Shown here in pieces: positions 1 to 15,988 of a stretch of 64,000 bases of DNA. The position numbers and the translations under genes were made by a program. The DNA is taken from assembly GCF_009914755.1 (NCBI RefSeq), contig NC_060947.1, one strand, 5' to 3'. The notes beneath the pieces were generated by a model, which saw only the letters and a list, made by a program, of their open reading frames with translations, searched no databases and was not told the DNA's origin. The DNA comes from the human T2T-CHM13v2.0 reference genome, Homo sapiens. The stretch's first letter is position 1, and each line of letters opens with the position of its first letter.

Positions 1-783
1 AAGTTTTGCAGGCTCATCTGTTTGCCGGCAAGCAGGGTAAAATCTGACTCTCTGCCATTCTGGACACATGGCAGATGTGTATAATAACACCTGTTATTAT
101 AAACGCATGCTCATTCTCTAATGGTAAAATGTTCAGAAGCTGAGTAGAGGTTCGACCAACATTTTCTCCTGCAAAAATGAATCCTTTTCTCATTATAGTA
201 TGGTATTTTGACCATCGCATTAAACATAATAAGAAAACTCTTCAAATGGAGTATTAATTTCCTCAACTCTCTGCCCTGATGGCCAACTGACATTTTGCTA
301 CAAGGTACACTTACTTGTTTCAAATGAAATACCAACTACCACCTCAGTGGTAAAATAAATCCAAGCATTAATCTTGGTAAACAGCTTTGCATCCTCTGAA
401 ACATCCTTAAGATAACTAGCATTAAGCATTTATTTCAGAAAGTTTACTGAATGGAAGGCCTGAAATATTTTTCTTTTATGAGGCCCAAATTGGAAGGTTA
501 TAGTGGGTTATTTAAAAAATGAAGAAACATTTGGCAGCAACTGCCATGAAGTCTGAACCACAGATTACATCTCAACCACTTAGTGAAATTTACTAACTTA
601 TTTTTTTTGAGGAGAAATGGAGGGAAAATCTTAATCATATATGGTCTTGATGGTTTTTAAAGATTTTTGAACTTTTTTTTTTCAGTCAAAGAACTTTTGT
701 GGATTTACTCATGTCATTTGTTTCCCTAACCTACCAAAATAACAAACTTGGAATAGGTAAATAAAATTGTTTTTACTGCTTTA

Positions 784-954
<171 letters not shown>

Positions 955-1056
955 CTATTAAACTTAAGCCTGCAACAAAAATTCACTTACTGAATGAATA
1001 TTTTTCTGTCCTGCCAGACAACGCAACCATGAATTAAAAGAAAATTTCATATTTAC

Positions 1057-1166
1057 CTTAAGTTTACTTTCCAGAAGTTCAACACTGGTAATCAGATAGG
1101 AAGCCTCAGATTCATTTAGCCCATGAACTACTGCTTCTTTGCCAAGTGTGGCATATAAAGTCACAA
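1057..1166 (-). CDS. ACSL4: ACSL4 coding exon ([37 protein letters not shown]), 110 nt
   Basis: ORF 964..1164; acceptor atgtag| at 1168-1167, donor AAG|gtaaat at 1056; phases match both neighbours. Confidence 0.97.
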
Positions 1167-2321
1167 CTACATAATAAAAATAAACACAAATATTAAGTAA
1201 TAAACATCTATTAGAAATGGATATTATTGAAGTCAGTCTTTAATAATAGTTACACTTAGAGACACAAAGACATTGTATATTTTAATTTGATTTCATAGTC
1301 TCTGTTACCATCCTTCAACCTTGCTTCAAACTCCCTGGGAGCCCAAAGTTTTCCTTACAAATTCCCAGAACTCTCACTTCCTAAACCTGAAGAAACCCAG
1401 AAACACTCGCACTGCCACAGCTGATCAAAAATCTGTCAATTTAGATGCTCAAGGCCAATAGGTACTGGCTGAACTCTTAATTCAGGTCAGACTGGCCCAG
1501 CTAGGGCTTCTTCTTGATACACACTTTCATTGGCCATAGCCTCCAAAGAATGGATAAGTCCTTGAAAATCTTGAGGATCTTAAGTCATAAGATCAGCCAC
1601 AGATAATGTTCTTACTCCTTCTAAGAAGCTGTTTTAGTGAGTCCAATGTCCAATGTGATTGGTGACCTCCACACCTTAATTAGAGAGATCAAGGAGATCT
1701 ACTCCTTAGGAGCCACCAGAGATAACATAAACCAAGATCAGTTAGAATCAAAGGACATCTGCTAAACTTAGAAAGAACTGAAAATTCAGCTCTAGATTGG
1801 TAACCAGAAACAATGTGGTTAAAAATAGCCACTTTCACAAGCTGTTCATCGTTGAAAGTGGGTAATGGGTACATAGGGGATCATTTTCATATTATCTATT
1901 TTTTGTTTGAAATTTAAGCTCTATAATCCTAACTTACAGTGTTATATTTCATTCAACAAACAACAGAGTACTTAGTATGTGACAATACATTGTTTATTTC
2001 TTAAACAATGGCAACAACAAATGCTTGAGTATTAGAAATATACTCAATTTTACTTTCTAACATATCTAATGCCAATTCCAGCTGTCACATGCATATTTCA
2101 CACGTAAAATAGAATAAGTCAAATAAGAGGTCTCAAAGTGAAGCAATGAATTTGAATTATCCTGAGAAATGGTTTTTTGTTCTTTTAATCATTACTCTTT
2201 GTATATCACCCCCCCAAAATACCCCCAAACTCCAACTCTTTCAGTTACAATTCATTTCCAATTGGAAAATAAAAGTGTAAATCACATCCCTTAAAGCTGC
2301 CAATTCCCATATTAGTTCTTA

Positions 2322-2690
<369 letters not shown>

Positions 2691-2866
2691 TTAAAGTGAT
2701 ACATTCTCTAATATTAGTATATTCAAACAAGCAATTAAAATACTATCCAAAGCATAAAACTCTAAAAATGCTCTTAAATGAACATACAGAAGCTATGAGC
2801 GGCTTCTGAGTAGTTTTACACAGCACTATAATAGAATGCCAGCATACTTAAAACGCACTCGATTTA

Positions 2867-3559
<693 letters not shown>

Positions 3560-4752
3560 TTAAATACTCAGGTCTTTATTAGTTTACACAATTAATTACA
3601 GAAAGCTGAAATAACTGGTCTGAAAGGCTGGCATTTTCCATTTGTAATCATTATTGACGTAAATGTCTTTGAGCACATCAACTTCTGAATTTATTTTTTT
3701 CTAGGTTTCTAGGTGTACTGGTACTCTGCATATCATTCTGTGAGTTGAATAACAACCTTAATGCTTACACAAATGCATGAATATGATATTCAAGTTTGTC
3801 AAAACTTTGGTAGAATAGGGTATGCCAATAATAAGATTTCTCTTAAACATGTGCATGTAAACTAGACATCTTTAAATAGTGTTAGGTTTATATCCAAAGG
3901 GGGGGGTGGGGCAGAAACTATCAACTTAGATTTATTTCTCAAAGGTCAACCCAGAAACCTTATTCTGAGTTCTTCATTAAGGTAAATTTCTCAGGTAATG
4001 CTATTTACTATCTACTATTTCCCACATGGGAGCAATACAATTGTAAAATCATTTCCTACATGTCCACTTTGTGCTCAAAACTGCACCAGTTGCCTAGGAG
4101 TGGTAATACAAGTCTGAAGTAGTATTAATTCCTGGCCCTTGGCCATTATAAGTTAACACTTATGAGTCAACTATCACACAAGATAGATCCAGTATTTTTG
4201 CAACTGTTTGGGGGAACGGGGACAGGGGGTGCAATTAAACCATCTCTTCTAATAAACACTACTGGAAACTGCCCATATATAACACTAAAGTGGAGTTGCT
4301 CTGGCCAAAACAGGGTTTGGGGATGTCCAGAGTCCTGCCCCAGAATTCCCGGAATCCCAACTCCCAAGGTGACCACTAAAGCATTTCCACTGAAAAGCCT
4401 TGTGGTAATACATAACTAATACATAACTACCATGTGCAGTGTAGGCAGTAGTATAAGCAATAAATGCAAAAGGAGTTCAGAGGAAGTGCAAAATGGCCAA
4501 GAGTAACTAGGAGAGGCTTTGTGGAGATTAGATTTAAGCTGGACCTTATGTTGGGCATCTAGAAATGAAAGAGGAATGGAAGGTATTCCAGGCTCAGGGA
4601 CCATATGAAAAAAGATACGAAGGTGGGAATGAAAGGACTTTGGGAGAATAGGAAGTACCAATAGCAAGGACACTAGTCTGACTGGGGCACAGCATACACT
4701 AAATACGCTAAATACGCTTGACTAAATACGCTACGGTAGTTACAAAATCTAA

Positions 4753-5192
<440 letters not shown>

Positions 5193-5217
5193 TAGGAACA
5201 TTTTTTAAGGAGCTTAC

Positions 5218-5235
5218 CTTCAACTGAGAAAGCTA
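5218..5235 (-). other. ACSL4: ACSL4 5' UTR microexon TAGCTTTCTCAGTTGAAG (18 nt; 15 nt with the second AG)
   Basis: Strong donor AAG|gtaagc at 5217; tandem acceptor gaag|tag|; agrees with my unverified recollection of the long-isoform mRNA leader. Confidence 0.7.
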
Positions 5236-6550
5236 CTTCGGTGAGTTGTAGCATATTTCAACCAGAAAAATCAAAATATTAGTTCACTTTGAAGAGACAA
5301 ACTGAAGCCCATCCTTCTGCAACTTTTGTAGAAACAGACTGACAGACTTAATTCAATTGACCCCAGGCTAGTTGATTGTTTTTATACCATCTAATATAAA
5401 ATGGTAGCTTAATCCTGCCTGTGCCTTTGTTCATGTAATTTAGTTGAGTACAGTGAAATGAGAAAGAAACTGGAAGTCACTGGGTGTCAATCCTCATCTC
5501 TGCCCCTAACTGGCTGTGTAACCTTGAGCAAACCATCTACCTCAGTCTGGGACCACACTAGATCAGCAGGCCTTAACCTCTTAGAGATGATGGGCCTTTT
5601 TGAGAATGAGAACGAGGAACCCAATTCCCCTCAGAAAGACATGCTAAATGATACACACAATGTCAAGTGATTCACAAGTTCCTTGAAATCCATCCATGAA
5701 CTTCAAAGGGCAACAACCCTGAACTAAAAATGTCTGGCCTAGGTGATTCTTAGGGCCTTTCCAGCTTTAAATTCTATGACTTACCCTACTTGGAAAGTAC
5801 CTTCTTAGTCTCTCGGACAAGTCTGGTCATTCATTTCTTCAAGATAAGGTATGTCATGTCAAGGGTTTATCATAATGCTGAATGTAAGATCCCCTCTAAC
5901 AATCCTCTCCTCCCACTGAAGATTTCATGGCTACCCAAGTCCAGAACAATCTTTACTTTTTCTAATTTCACACATCATTAGCAATATCTACCACTCAATC
6001 TGATACATGATTATACTACCATCACTTCCAAACTTCTGGGTACCACAGTATAGAACACGGACCAGTAGTTCTCAACCATATCAAACCCAGTACCTCTTTC
6101 TTATGACAAATATTTTGTGATACCTCTTCATCAACATCAAAGGATAGTCATAATCTACCAACACACCATTTTAAAAAATGATTTCTTACTGGTAATATAA
6201 AAGAGTACCATAAAGAAACTAATTTAAAATTTAACAAAATACTTGTTTCAATACATACATTCTCAGAGACAATATTAGCAGACATAAAAGCATGTCTTCA
6301 GATTTATAAAATGCCCCTAAGGGGTGAGTACCACCTTACCCTCAATTGAGAAATCTTCAGGCTTAAGGCTGAAAATATATAAAGAAACAGAAAATAGCTT
6401 TTGAAGAGCCTGTACTTTAGTTGGATTTAAAATGCATTGTATGTTTTTTAGTTATTGATGTTACATAAATTTAATCTTTTATACATATTTGCCTTAAGTC
6501 TTAGAGAAAGAGAAATGCTTTCTAGGTAATCCTCATAGTGCTTAGTACAG

Positions 6551-6566
6551 ACACACACACACGCAT

Positions 6567-6597
<31 letters not shown>
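6551..6597. repeat. (CA)n microsatellite, interrupted
   Basis: Direct inspection. Confidence 0.95.
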
Positions 6598-6600
<3 letters not shown>

Positions 6601-7176
6601 GGCAAGGCTCAAAGAACATTCAGGTGAGAAGAAACCAGAGAGATCATTTAGTCTAGAGGTTTTCAAATTCTTTCTGCAGGTAGTGAGGGGGTCATGGGTC
6701 ATCCATTTGAATAAAATCTTATATAGATATAAAAACACAAGCGTAGATGAAAGCAAAAAGCATAGCTGCTCTGGTAGAGGAGGCTATGACAGCCCCTGAA
6801 GGGACTCCTTGGAACTTCCAGTTCAGCTGAATATTTGAACCACTGATATTGTCTGAGCCCTCATCTTACAGAGAAGCAAATGAATGGCAGAGCACAAATC
6901 GAGCACCCAGTGCTCTTTCAAGTACACTAGCCAGCCTCTGCCCAGTTTTGCCTATCATCTTAAACTATAATACTTCCTTGTCAGGGGTTATACTCAGTCT
7001 ATTGATAAATTCATTTCAAAAAAGATTTAAACATTTCATTTCACTTCAAAAAAAGAAGAGTTGGTGGTAAGGGTATGATGCTGAGCATCGTACCCATCAT
7101 TAGGCAAAATATAATGTCTCATAAGAGAAACAACAAAAATTTTCTAGGCTAACAGATCTGGGTTTAAAATGTGGTT

Positions 7177-7525
7177 CTATGCAGCCATAAAAAACAATGA
7201 GTTCATGTCCTTTGCATGGAGATGGATGAAGCTGGAAACCATCATTCTCAGCAAACTAACACAGGAACAGAAAACTTAACACTGCATGTTCTTACTCACA
7301 AGTGGAAGTTGAACAATGAGAAAACATGGACACAGGGAGGGTTACATCACACACAGGGGCCTGTCAGGGGATGGAGGGCTAGGGGAGGGATAGCATTAGG
7401 AGAAATACCTAACGTAGATGATGGGTTGATGGGTGCAGCAAACCACCATGGCACGTGTATACCTATGTAACAAACCTGCACGTTCTGCACATGTATCCCA
7501 GAATTTAAAGTATGATTTAAAAAAG
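7177..7525 (+). mobile_element. L1PA-type 3' end fragment
   Basis: ctatgcagccataaaaa...gaagctggaaaccatcattctcagcaaact...aacctgcacgttctgcacatgtatcccaga and A-rich tail. Confidence 0.92.
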
Positions 7526-7699
7526 AAAGCTCTATATTAGTGGCTTCATCTGTAAAACAGGAATACTGCTTATATTACCTACTTTATAGTGCTTTTGTGA
7601 GAAACCTTTGTCTTCTTCCTCTTAAATTCCATAGGCAATCATACTCAGTCCCTCTTGGTTGTCTCACTTGGTTGTACTTAATCATCTCAACCACAGCCT

Positions 7700-9727
7700 G
7701 GTTCTATCCTATCCAATTCTCCACCTAATCTGTACCTGTACCTATGCAGCTGAATTTGCTGTGAGAAACACATGACTGTGTTGAGTGTCTCACTTTAAAC
7801 TTGTGATTGCTACCTCAAATGGACTCTCCCTGATGCAGAGAGACCACACCGCACTAGTCCACTCACTGGCCCACTCCTCTGGATTTCATACTTTACTCTC
7901 TTCAGACCACCAACATTCCTCATCCAGACTTATTCTCAGCAGCTGACCTATTTTGCAGACAAAACAGCAACAATCCAAAGATAATTTCCACAGACTCTCA
8001 CTGCTACATCTACCCACCTAATCAAATCTGTGGCCACATGCTGTTTTCTCTCCTGTGACTATGGATGAACTGTTGATGCTCCAAGCTGAGGCCAACCCCT
8101 TCATTTATGCATTACACCCTGTCTTTATAAGGACACGGAAGTGCTACTCTACCAATTCTTCCCTCTCGTCCTTCCTCATTAATTTTCCCTGCTCTTCTGA
8201 ACTATTCCCTTCAGCATCATAACCAGCTGTTATTTCTTTCATCTTAAAAAACATTCCCTCCTTTGCATCTTCTTTTCAGCTATAGCCCATTTATTTTCTA
8301 TCTCTTTGGCACTCCTTGAAAGAGGTGTCTATGGCTCTCTGTCTCCCAGTTCTCTCCTATTTTCTCTTGAACCCACTACAATCAGGCTTATGTCTCCTAC
8401 CACTCTATAAACTTGTTCTCCTCATCAGGGTCTCCAATGACTTCCATGCTATTAGATCCAAAGGTCAATTAAAGCTCAGTTCTCTTCTTCCTTGACCCAC
8501 TGGCAGCCTTTAACACAGCTGAGCCCTCTTCTGCTTTAAACTTCTTCACTTAGCTTCCAGGAAACCATATTCTTCAGGTTTTCTTCCTACTTCCCTGGCT
8601 ATTCCTTTTCAGTCTTTTTTTTTTTTTCTGCTTCTTCCTCACATTCCTGGCCTCTAAATGGTATGGGGCTTGGTCCTTGAACCTCACAATTTTAAATACC
8701 ACATATATGTCGTGATGACTTCCAAATTTTTCCTTCAAGCCTGGAAGTCTGCCTTAAACACTAGATTTGTATATCCAACTGTTTCCTCAACAGATCCACT
8801 TAGGTGTCAGTTAAATACCTCAAACTTAGCATGTTCAAAACTGAGATCATCCTTCCACAATCCTATCTCACCCAGTCTTGCCCATCTCTATATATTCCAC
8901 TTGCTTTGACCAAAAACCTTAGATTCACCCTTTTACCCCCCTCTCTTTCTCACACATTCCACAGGCAATTCACCAGCAAATCCTAATGGTTTGACTTACA
9001 AAAAAGGTGAATCTAATTCAACTACTTCTTACCACCTCCACTGTTACCATCCTGGTTTAAGCCAATATCATCTCTCATGTGGATAAATGGGATAGCCAAT
9101 CTAGTCTCCCTGCTTCCATCTCATACCCCTACAATAAATTCTAAACTCAGAAGCCAGAGTACTATTCTCAAAATGTAAGTTAGATCATACCATTCCTCTG
9201 CTCAAAATCTTTCAAAGAATTCCCATATGACTCACCCAGAATATAAGCTGAAGTCCTTACTACAACCTACAAGACTATATAGTCTTTCCCCTACCCCAAG
9301 GTTCTGACTTCACCTCCTAGTACGCTTTCCCTGGAACATTCTTCTGCAGTCCCATTTGTTCCTGCCCCATGGCCTTTGTACTTGAGGTTCTCTCTGCCTG
9401 GAATGTTCTTCCAAGACATCTACGTAGCTTATTCTCTTGCCTCTTTTTTTTTCTTTACTCAAAGAACACCTTCTCAGTGAGGCATTTCTCCAGCCAACTT
9501 CTTTTAAAATTGTACTCCCCACACTTTCTATCCCTTACTTGCGTTATTTTTTTCCTGAGTACTTTTACTAATATACCATGTTTTATTTTTCATGTTTACT
9601 GTCTATGCTCCCAGTAGAATATAAGCTTCACAAGGCAGAGAGTTTGTCTCATTTGCTGCTGAATCTGTGACTGGAACAGTGCCTCCGTGTGTTGGCTTCA
9701 ATCAAATTGTTTACTGAATTAAGAATG
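7700..9727 (+). mobile_element. L2 (L2a-like) long fragment
   Basis: Pyrimidine-rich L2 body with typical 3' end (tagaatataagcttcacaaggcagag...ctgaattaagaatg). Confidence 0.75.
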
Positions 9728-10209
9728 TACTGGAATTATTCTGAATCTATAAGGTAAAAATATATGCAAGTACAATAACGTGAAGGTAGCTAACTTTAAT
9801 CATCTTAAAAAACAATCACTTGTCCATGTCAACATCCTAGGAAATACTATACTCTTAAAATCCCTGGTAATTAAAATAAACTTGAACATGTTGTTAGTTG
9901 CTTAATAGAAAATATGAAACTGGAAAAACTGCCTGTTGCATAGAGTTGGAAAAGATTGGTGTTATAAAAGCATGAAGGTTACACAATTTGCACTATGTGC
10001 ATTTTCACTGATAATTTTCACAAAGGTATGCTGTCCTTCCATGTATGAAGAATGATACTGCTATCCCATCATTAGGAGGACATGAACTTTGAGTGGTGCT
10101 TCCTTGAAATCATGTATTTGTATGTCAGCCAGAAAAAGGCAGGGCATTATCTTCAGTCATTGGATAGTTAATTGCTCCTGTTGAACTTTACCATTCCATA
10201 TGGGAATCA

Positions 10210-10420
10210 TAGTAATAACCAGGTATTGAGCATTTACTACAGGCTAGATACTGTGCTAAGTCCTTCAGATATATTATCTCATTTAATCCTTCAGAAAACT
10301 CCTTTGAGGTAGTACCTTCATTTTAAAGATATAACAGACTCAGAGAGATTAAGTTGCCCAAGATAGCACAGCTGAGTAGAGATTCGAACCAGGTCGCTTT
10401 GATTTTAAAGTCCATGTTTT
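10210..10420 (-). mobile_element. MIR
   Basis: attgagcatttactac...tctcatttaatcct...aagttgcccaag...gattcgaaccagg is the reverse MIR core. Confidence 0.8.
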
Positions 10421-13400
10421 TAGCTCAATTATCTGTGATCCTAGTAATACTGGTATAATCTAAATAAGTGAGAGTGACAAACTTTGGGTATGAAGAAATA
10501 CTGGCAACAATTTTGAGCACTAATCTGTCCTACATCCTAAGACATTTTAGGGGGGGGGGGCCTCTATAGATGTCCAGTAAGTACTAGAAGTTTTAGTGAA
10601 AAATCAGATTCAATTTTATTTTATTTTTTTGTTCTGAGGTGAGATTTAATAAGTATTTCATTCCAGTTACTTCAAACACTCCGAGATAGGTTAAATACAG
10701 AAAGCATTAGTGATACATTAAGCTCTAGTACACAAAGTAAACAAACACTACATATTAATTAAAGTCTGAATTTAAAAGAAGAAATCGTCTTACCCAGAAG
10801 CATGTGACACAACACCAATTTGAGAATGAAAGAGAAAAACTACTGAACTGCAGTTGGTTAATGCCAAGATATTTTTTCAAAAGTTTTAGAAAATGAACTA
10901 AACCAAGCAAGGATCCATGCATCTGCCAAGTTGAAACATACAGTAGTGACAAATTAACTTTGTCCTTGACATAAGATCTTACAAAAATAGTTTTTAAATC
11001 AATTTGAAAATCAACAATTAACTATATAAGTGCTACTTTTTTAGAAGTCTCATTTTCAAGTTACACATTATTTAAGAGTAATTTAAGCACCAAATAAAGA
11101 GACAATTTGCCTTCTGAAAAAGATTAGTTGTAACTAGTAAACATTAAATCAGAAAACAATTATAAAAGTTCCAAGAGATTAAACCGATAAGAATACCTGC
11201 TGTACTTTAAAAGATCATATTTCTAAATACATGTTGCATCACAAGGACTTTTGTAAAGGGGTGGAGTGCTTCCTTAAAATCTTATTTTCTTTCATACACT
11301 ATTAAAAACTTCCAAATGATTGTAAAACATACCAGAGAAAGCTCAACTAGGTTGAGTCAGAATGGTTTCACTTTGTAAATGAAATCAAACTTTACAAGAG
11401 ACATTACAATTAACTTTATACTTTAACATTAAAACTTAGAGAATGCCAATACATTAAGAAAATAAAAGCATTAAGAGTTCTAACAAGATCTTTCATCAGT
11501 CTGCAAGACGAAATAATCATGTAAAATATATGTATCATTACGGCACTTGTCTCATCTGATTCAAATTGTTATATTGCAAATAACAAGCAGTCTATTCAAT
11601 ATCAAATAACTTGTGCAATCAAACCTTAAGCTCAAATATACAGTAATTATAATAAATACATTTTAAAACCAAGAAAAGCAAAACAAAACCTAAGATGACT
11701 ATAGAGATGCCATATACCAACACATTACACCTGTGCCTGGCTAGTATGACTGAAAGCTTTTCACAATTATGACTGATCTTTGGGTGCGTCTCTCACAAGA
11801 TAAACTGAACCTGTTTACTTCATCACCTGGAGAGGTATTAACTCCTGAAGTCGCCATTCTGCCAGTCTCTTTGCAGCTTTTCCCAGCAAAGAAAGCACCT
11901 CAGCTGCCATGTTGAAGACACTTTTAATGCTCTAGAGTGAATTCCCTCCCATCATGCCTTAAGAAGATCCCCAGCATGCATCAGATAATGTTGTTGCTAG
12001 GTCATAGGATGTTATAATCAGTATCCTATCTATGTATGTTAAAATGAGGAGCTCTAGGAGTCAATGTTGATGCCTACACACTTCACATACACTGTGTATA
12101 ATTATACATCTATTCCTCATTTTAAGTGATCAAGATACACTTGATTTTTAAAAATGTAGCTTTCTAAAGCTGGGAATTGGTTGTATATAATTTAATCCAA
12201 TAATTGGTTGTAAATAATCCAAAGCTTACATTTAAGGAATCTTGAGGATAAATCAGGCTAGAAGTGGCACCTACTGGCTAAGCATGATGCTATAATCAAA
12301 CTTTATTAAACATAATGAAAAAGGGAGAAAAACTAAGTTCTGGGTGATATGTGTTTAGAGAGCAATACAAATGGTTCATTGCTGTAGAAGGGCAGCAGAC
12401 AGCACAATGACAATGTCAATGTTGTACAACTGATGCTAAAGAGTAACTGCTGCAGGTCCCTGTACACAAAACCTTGCTGCTAAATTAAACTGCCCATTGT
12501 ACCACAGTGCAGACTTTTATTTTATCTACAAAGTCTTCGATTTACTGGGTGCTTTTTCTCTGTTGGGATATATAGATGATTTTAACATAAGTTAACCAAA
12601 AATAATTGGGTTATAGAATTTAACTTTAAAGTTAACTTTTATAATAAATGTGTTTTGTTCAAGTGAAGAATATACAAAATATCTATAGGTTATACATCTA
12701 TCTCCTGTCATCTTACATATTTATTATAATAAAGTAATACAACTTAGGGCTTTCAACCATGAGTGTAGGTTCCAAAAAAGTCTTTAAGCAGCAGTAGTAG
12801 TTCCCATAGGAATAGATTCATGTTACAGGGAGAATTTTACAACTATGCCTTTTTTTGCCACATGATCTGCCCTCCCCATCTGCCAGAGGAGGAACCAGCT
12901 TAATAGGTTAGTTTGTCAATGTTCTTTTCAATATGTCAGACTGTTAATAAATTATGCAACAATGCAGTCTTAAACCATTTCTTATAAAATGGCCAAATAA
13001 ATGACTATAATTCAGCTGCCTGACCACCATAATACAAAATTGTATCGTGATTTAAAAAAAAAAAAACTCATTCTGCTTTTCAGTATTAAATAGATCTTAG
13101 AAGTGATTCTAATTAAATAACTCAAAGACTGATAAATCTGTTGAATATTGAAATCTTATGGCCATATAGTCAATGCTCACATATTAGCCGTAGTAAAGAA
13201 CAGAAGGCCACATATTCTAAAGACAGCAGATAATTCAAAAATGCATTTTATCCTTATTAGCATTTCATTTTGAGTATGTCTGACATTTCAGAAATTAAAG
13301 AATTCCTACCTAAAGAAGGAAGTCACACAAAGCCAAATATAAGAAGCCATGGAAAAGTACCCCTGGAGTTAATATTTCCACATTAGGATTGGGAATACAT

Positions 13401-14701
13401 TCCATTCTGTTCTCTCCCTCCACATTCATTTGTTTATCTGGCTTATGCTTCAGTAAGATGAGTAAGACAAGGGTGATAAGGGAGCTAATTATTTCCATTT
13501 TGAAACATATTTTGGGAAAGTTCAGACAAAGGCAATTGATGGGGGGCCTCCAAAGTGTCACAGAGTACTATCTGCAATCTCCTGAACACAACTGGCCAGA
13601 TATGTTCATGCCAGTGCTTCTGGTAACTCCTACTCTTCACCTTGGTAGTTTTTTCCCTTCCAAATCTAGATGGGCTGCAGATTGATTGCTATAAATATGT
13701 ATGTGTGTGTGTGTAGGTGTGCATCTATGAGAGAGAAAACAGTACTTTCTGTAGTTAAATTAACTATAGAAGTTTGAATACTACCACTCTTCACAGTGGC
13801 AGTATAGTCTGTCAACTTCCAAAAGGAAATAATAATTTTGCTGATATTTTAACTTCTTTGTCAGCCACTGGGTAGCGTGTAACACCTAAGTAGCTGAATT
13901 CGGTGACAGCTAATTCTGATCTGCTGATACAAATCTTTGGCCATGTTTAAGATTCTTCTAATGCAGGCTAATCAGTGGACTTCAGCATTTAGCTATACAA
14001 AAACATGGCCTTTTGAATTTCTTTATACTTGGAAATCAAAAATAGTTATTAGCACATAAGAACTACTATATCTTCAGTTTCAAATTTATAACCTATTATA
14101 ATGAAAGCAATTTTCAGAAGACCAGAAGTTCTAGAGAGACAGTATCAGATATAGGGTTTTAGTCCTGGTTCACAAGCTGCTGAGTGGTAAGACCTGGAAC
14201 AAATTAACCTCTCAATGTCTGTTTCCTCATCTGTAAAATGAGAAAGTTGGGTTCATATTTTAAGATATCACAAAACAGCAAAAAATGTAAAAGAAAGAAT
14301 TAGTGGGGGGAAATGACACAGAGCTACCAAGTTGTTGTTGTTGTTTTGCCAGGCATGAATTTTTTTAAAGCCCTACCATTTACTATCACCATAATTTCAT
14401 GAGATAAATAACATGTTTAATTCCCCTAAATTAGAAAGATATATTCTATAAGAAGCAATCCTTTAAACTGAAAATGTTTAGCTTTTAAAAACTCATGATC
14501 TGCTGTCCTTATTTTTCTCACTTCACCATGGACCAGTAAAAACGTTTTCACTAACCAGCACTGGTCTAAAAATCAACAATCGGGGACTATAGGACTAGGT
14601 AAATTTCAAAGTCCAAGCCTCAAACACTATGATTTTAATTTTAGGTGCTCTGTTGTATTTCTTTTACTCCATATTGTAGTCTAGAATAGATGCCTCAATG
14701 A

Positions 14702-15197
<496 letters not shown>

Positions 15198-15227
15198 TTA
15201 ACTCCATCAATAATAATGAACCACTGA

Positions 15228-15515
15228 GGACGGGCGCGGTGGCTCACGCCTGTAATCCAGCACTTTGGAAGGCCGAGGCGGGAGAATAACTTGAGGCCAG
15301 GAGTTCAAGACCAGCCTGGGCAACATGATGAAACCCCGTCTCTACTAAAAATACAAAAAAATAGCTGGGCGCGGTGGCACGTGCCTGTAATCCCAACTAC
15401 TCAGGAGCGGGAGGCGGAGGTGGAGGTTGCAGTGAGCTGAGATGGCGCCACTACACTCAAGCCTGGAAGACAGAGCGAGACTCTGTCTCAACAACAACAA
15501 TAATAATAATAATAA
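15228..15515 (+). mobile_element. Alu with (AAC)/(AAT)n tail
   Basis: Dimer; TSD ~aataatgaacc. Confidence 0.93.
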
Positions 15516-15935
15516 TGAACCCCTGATTGTGCACTTACTGTTAAACCCATTTTAAAGATAAGGAAACTGAGATAATGAGAGACTAAGTAGTTTACCAAAG
15601 ACACATATTCTATAAGCCTCAGTAGTCAGAACCAGAACTCCAATCCCTGACTCCAGTTTTGGGTATGACTCAAATAGAAAGACGTTGTTTGAATTTTAAT
15701 TACCACTTGTTCTTTTACAAATGAGTGGCAAATGGTTTAAATTTTAGAAGCTGCACAGGGTAAAATGTTTTCCTATTTTGCTCTATAAAATACTGCCTTT
15801 TTAAACACAATCATAAATATTGGTAGAGTTTTTCCTCTATAAAAAGGGTCAAGATGCCTGTTAGTGTGGGAACTTAATTTTCTCAAAAAGCTAATAAAAT
15901 TACACATTTAGAATTTCTAAAGGACAAATACTTAC

Positions 15936-15988
15936 AAATGTCCTCTTTTTCTCTTAAGAAGAACACGAATATCTTCTGTGATTTCAAT
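15936..15988 (-). other. ACSL4: ACSL4 non-coding exon 2 (53 nt)
   Basis: Acceptor tgtctcttactgcag|ATTGAAATC, donor ACATTT|gtaagt; agrees with the recalled mRNA leader. Confidence 0.88.

Noticed and set aside
4163-4169. AP-1 motif TGAGTCA
   Set aside because: A single 7-mer is expected several times by chance in 64 kb
12620-12635. Perfect 16-bp palindrome ttaactttaaagttaa
   Set aside because: Very AT-rich and isolated; no supporting context
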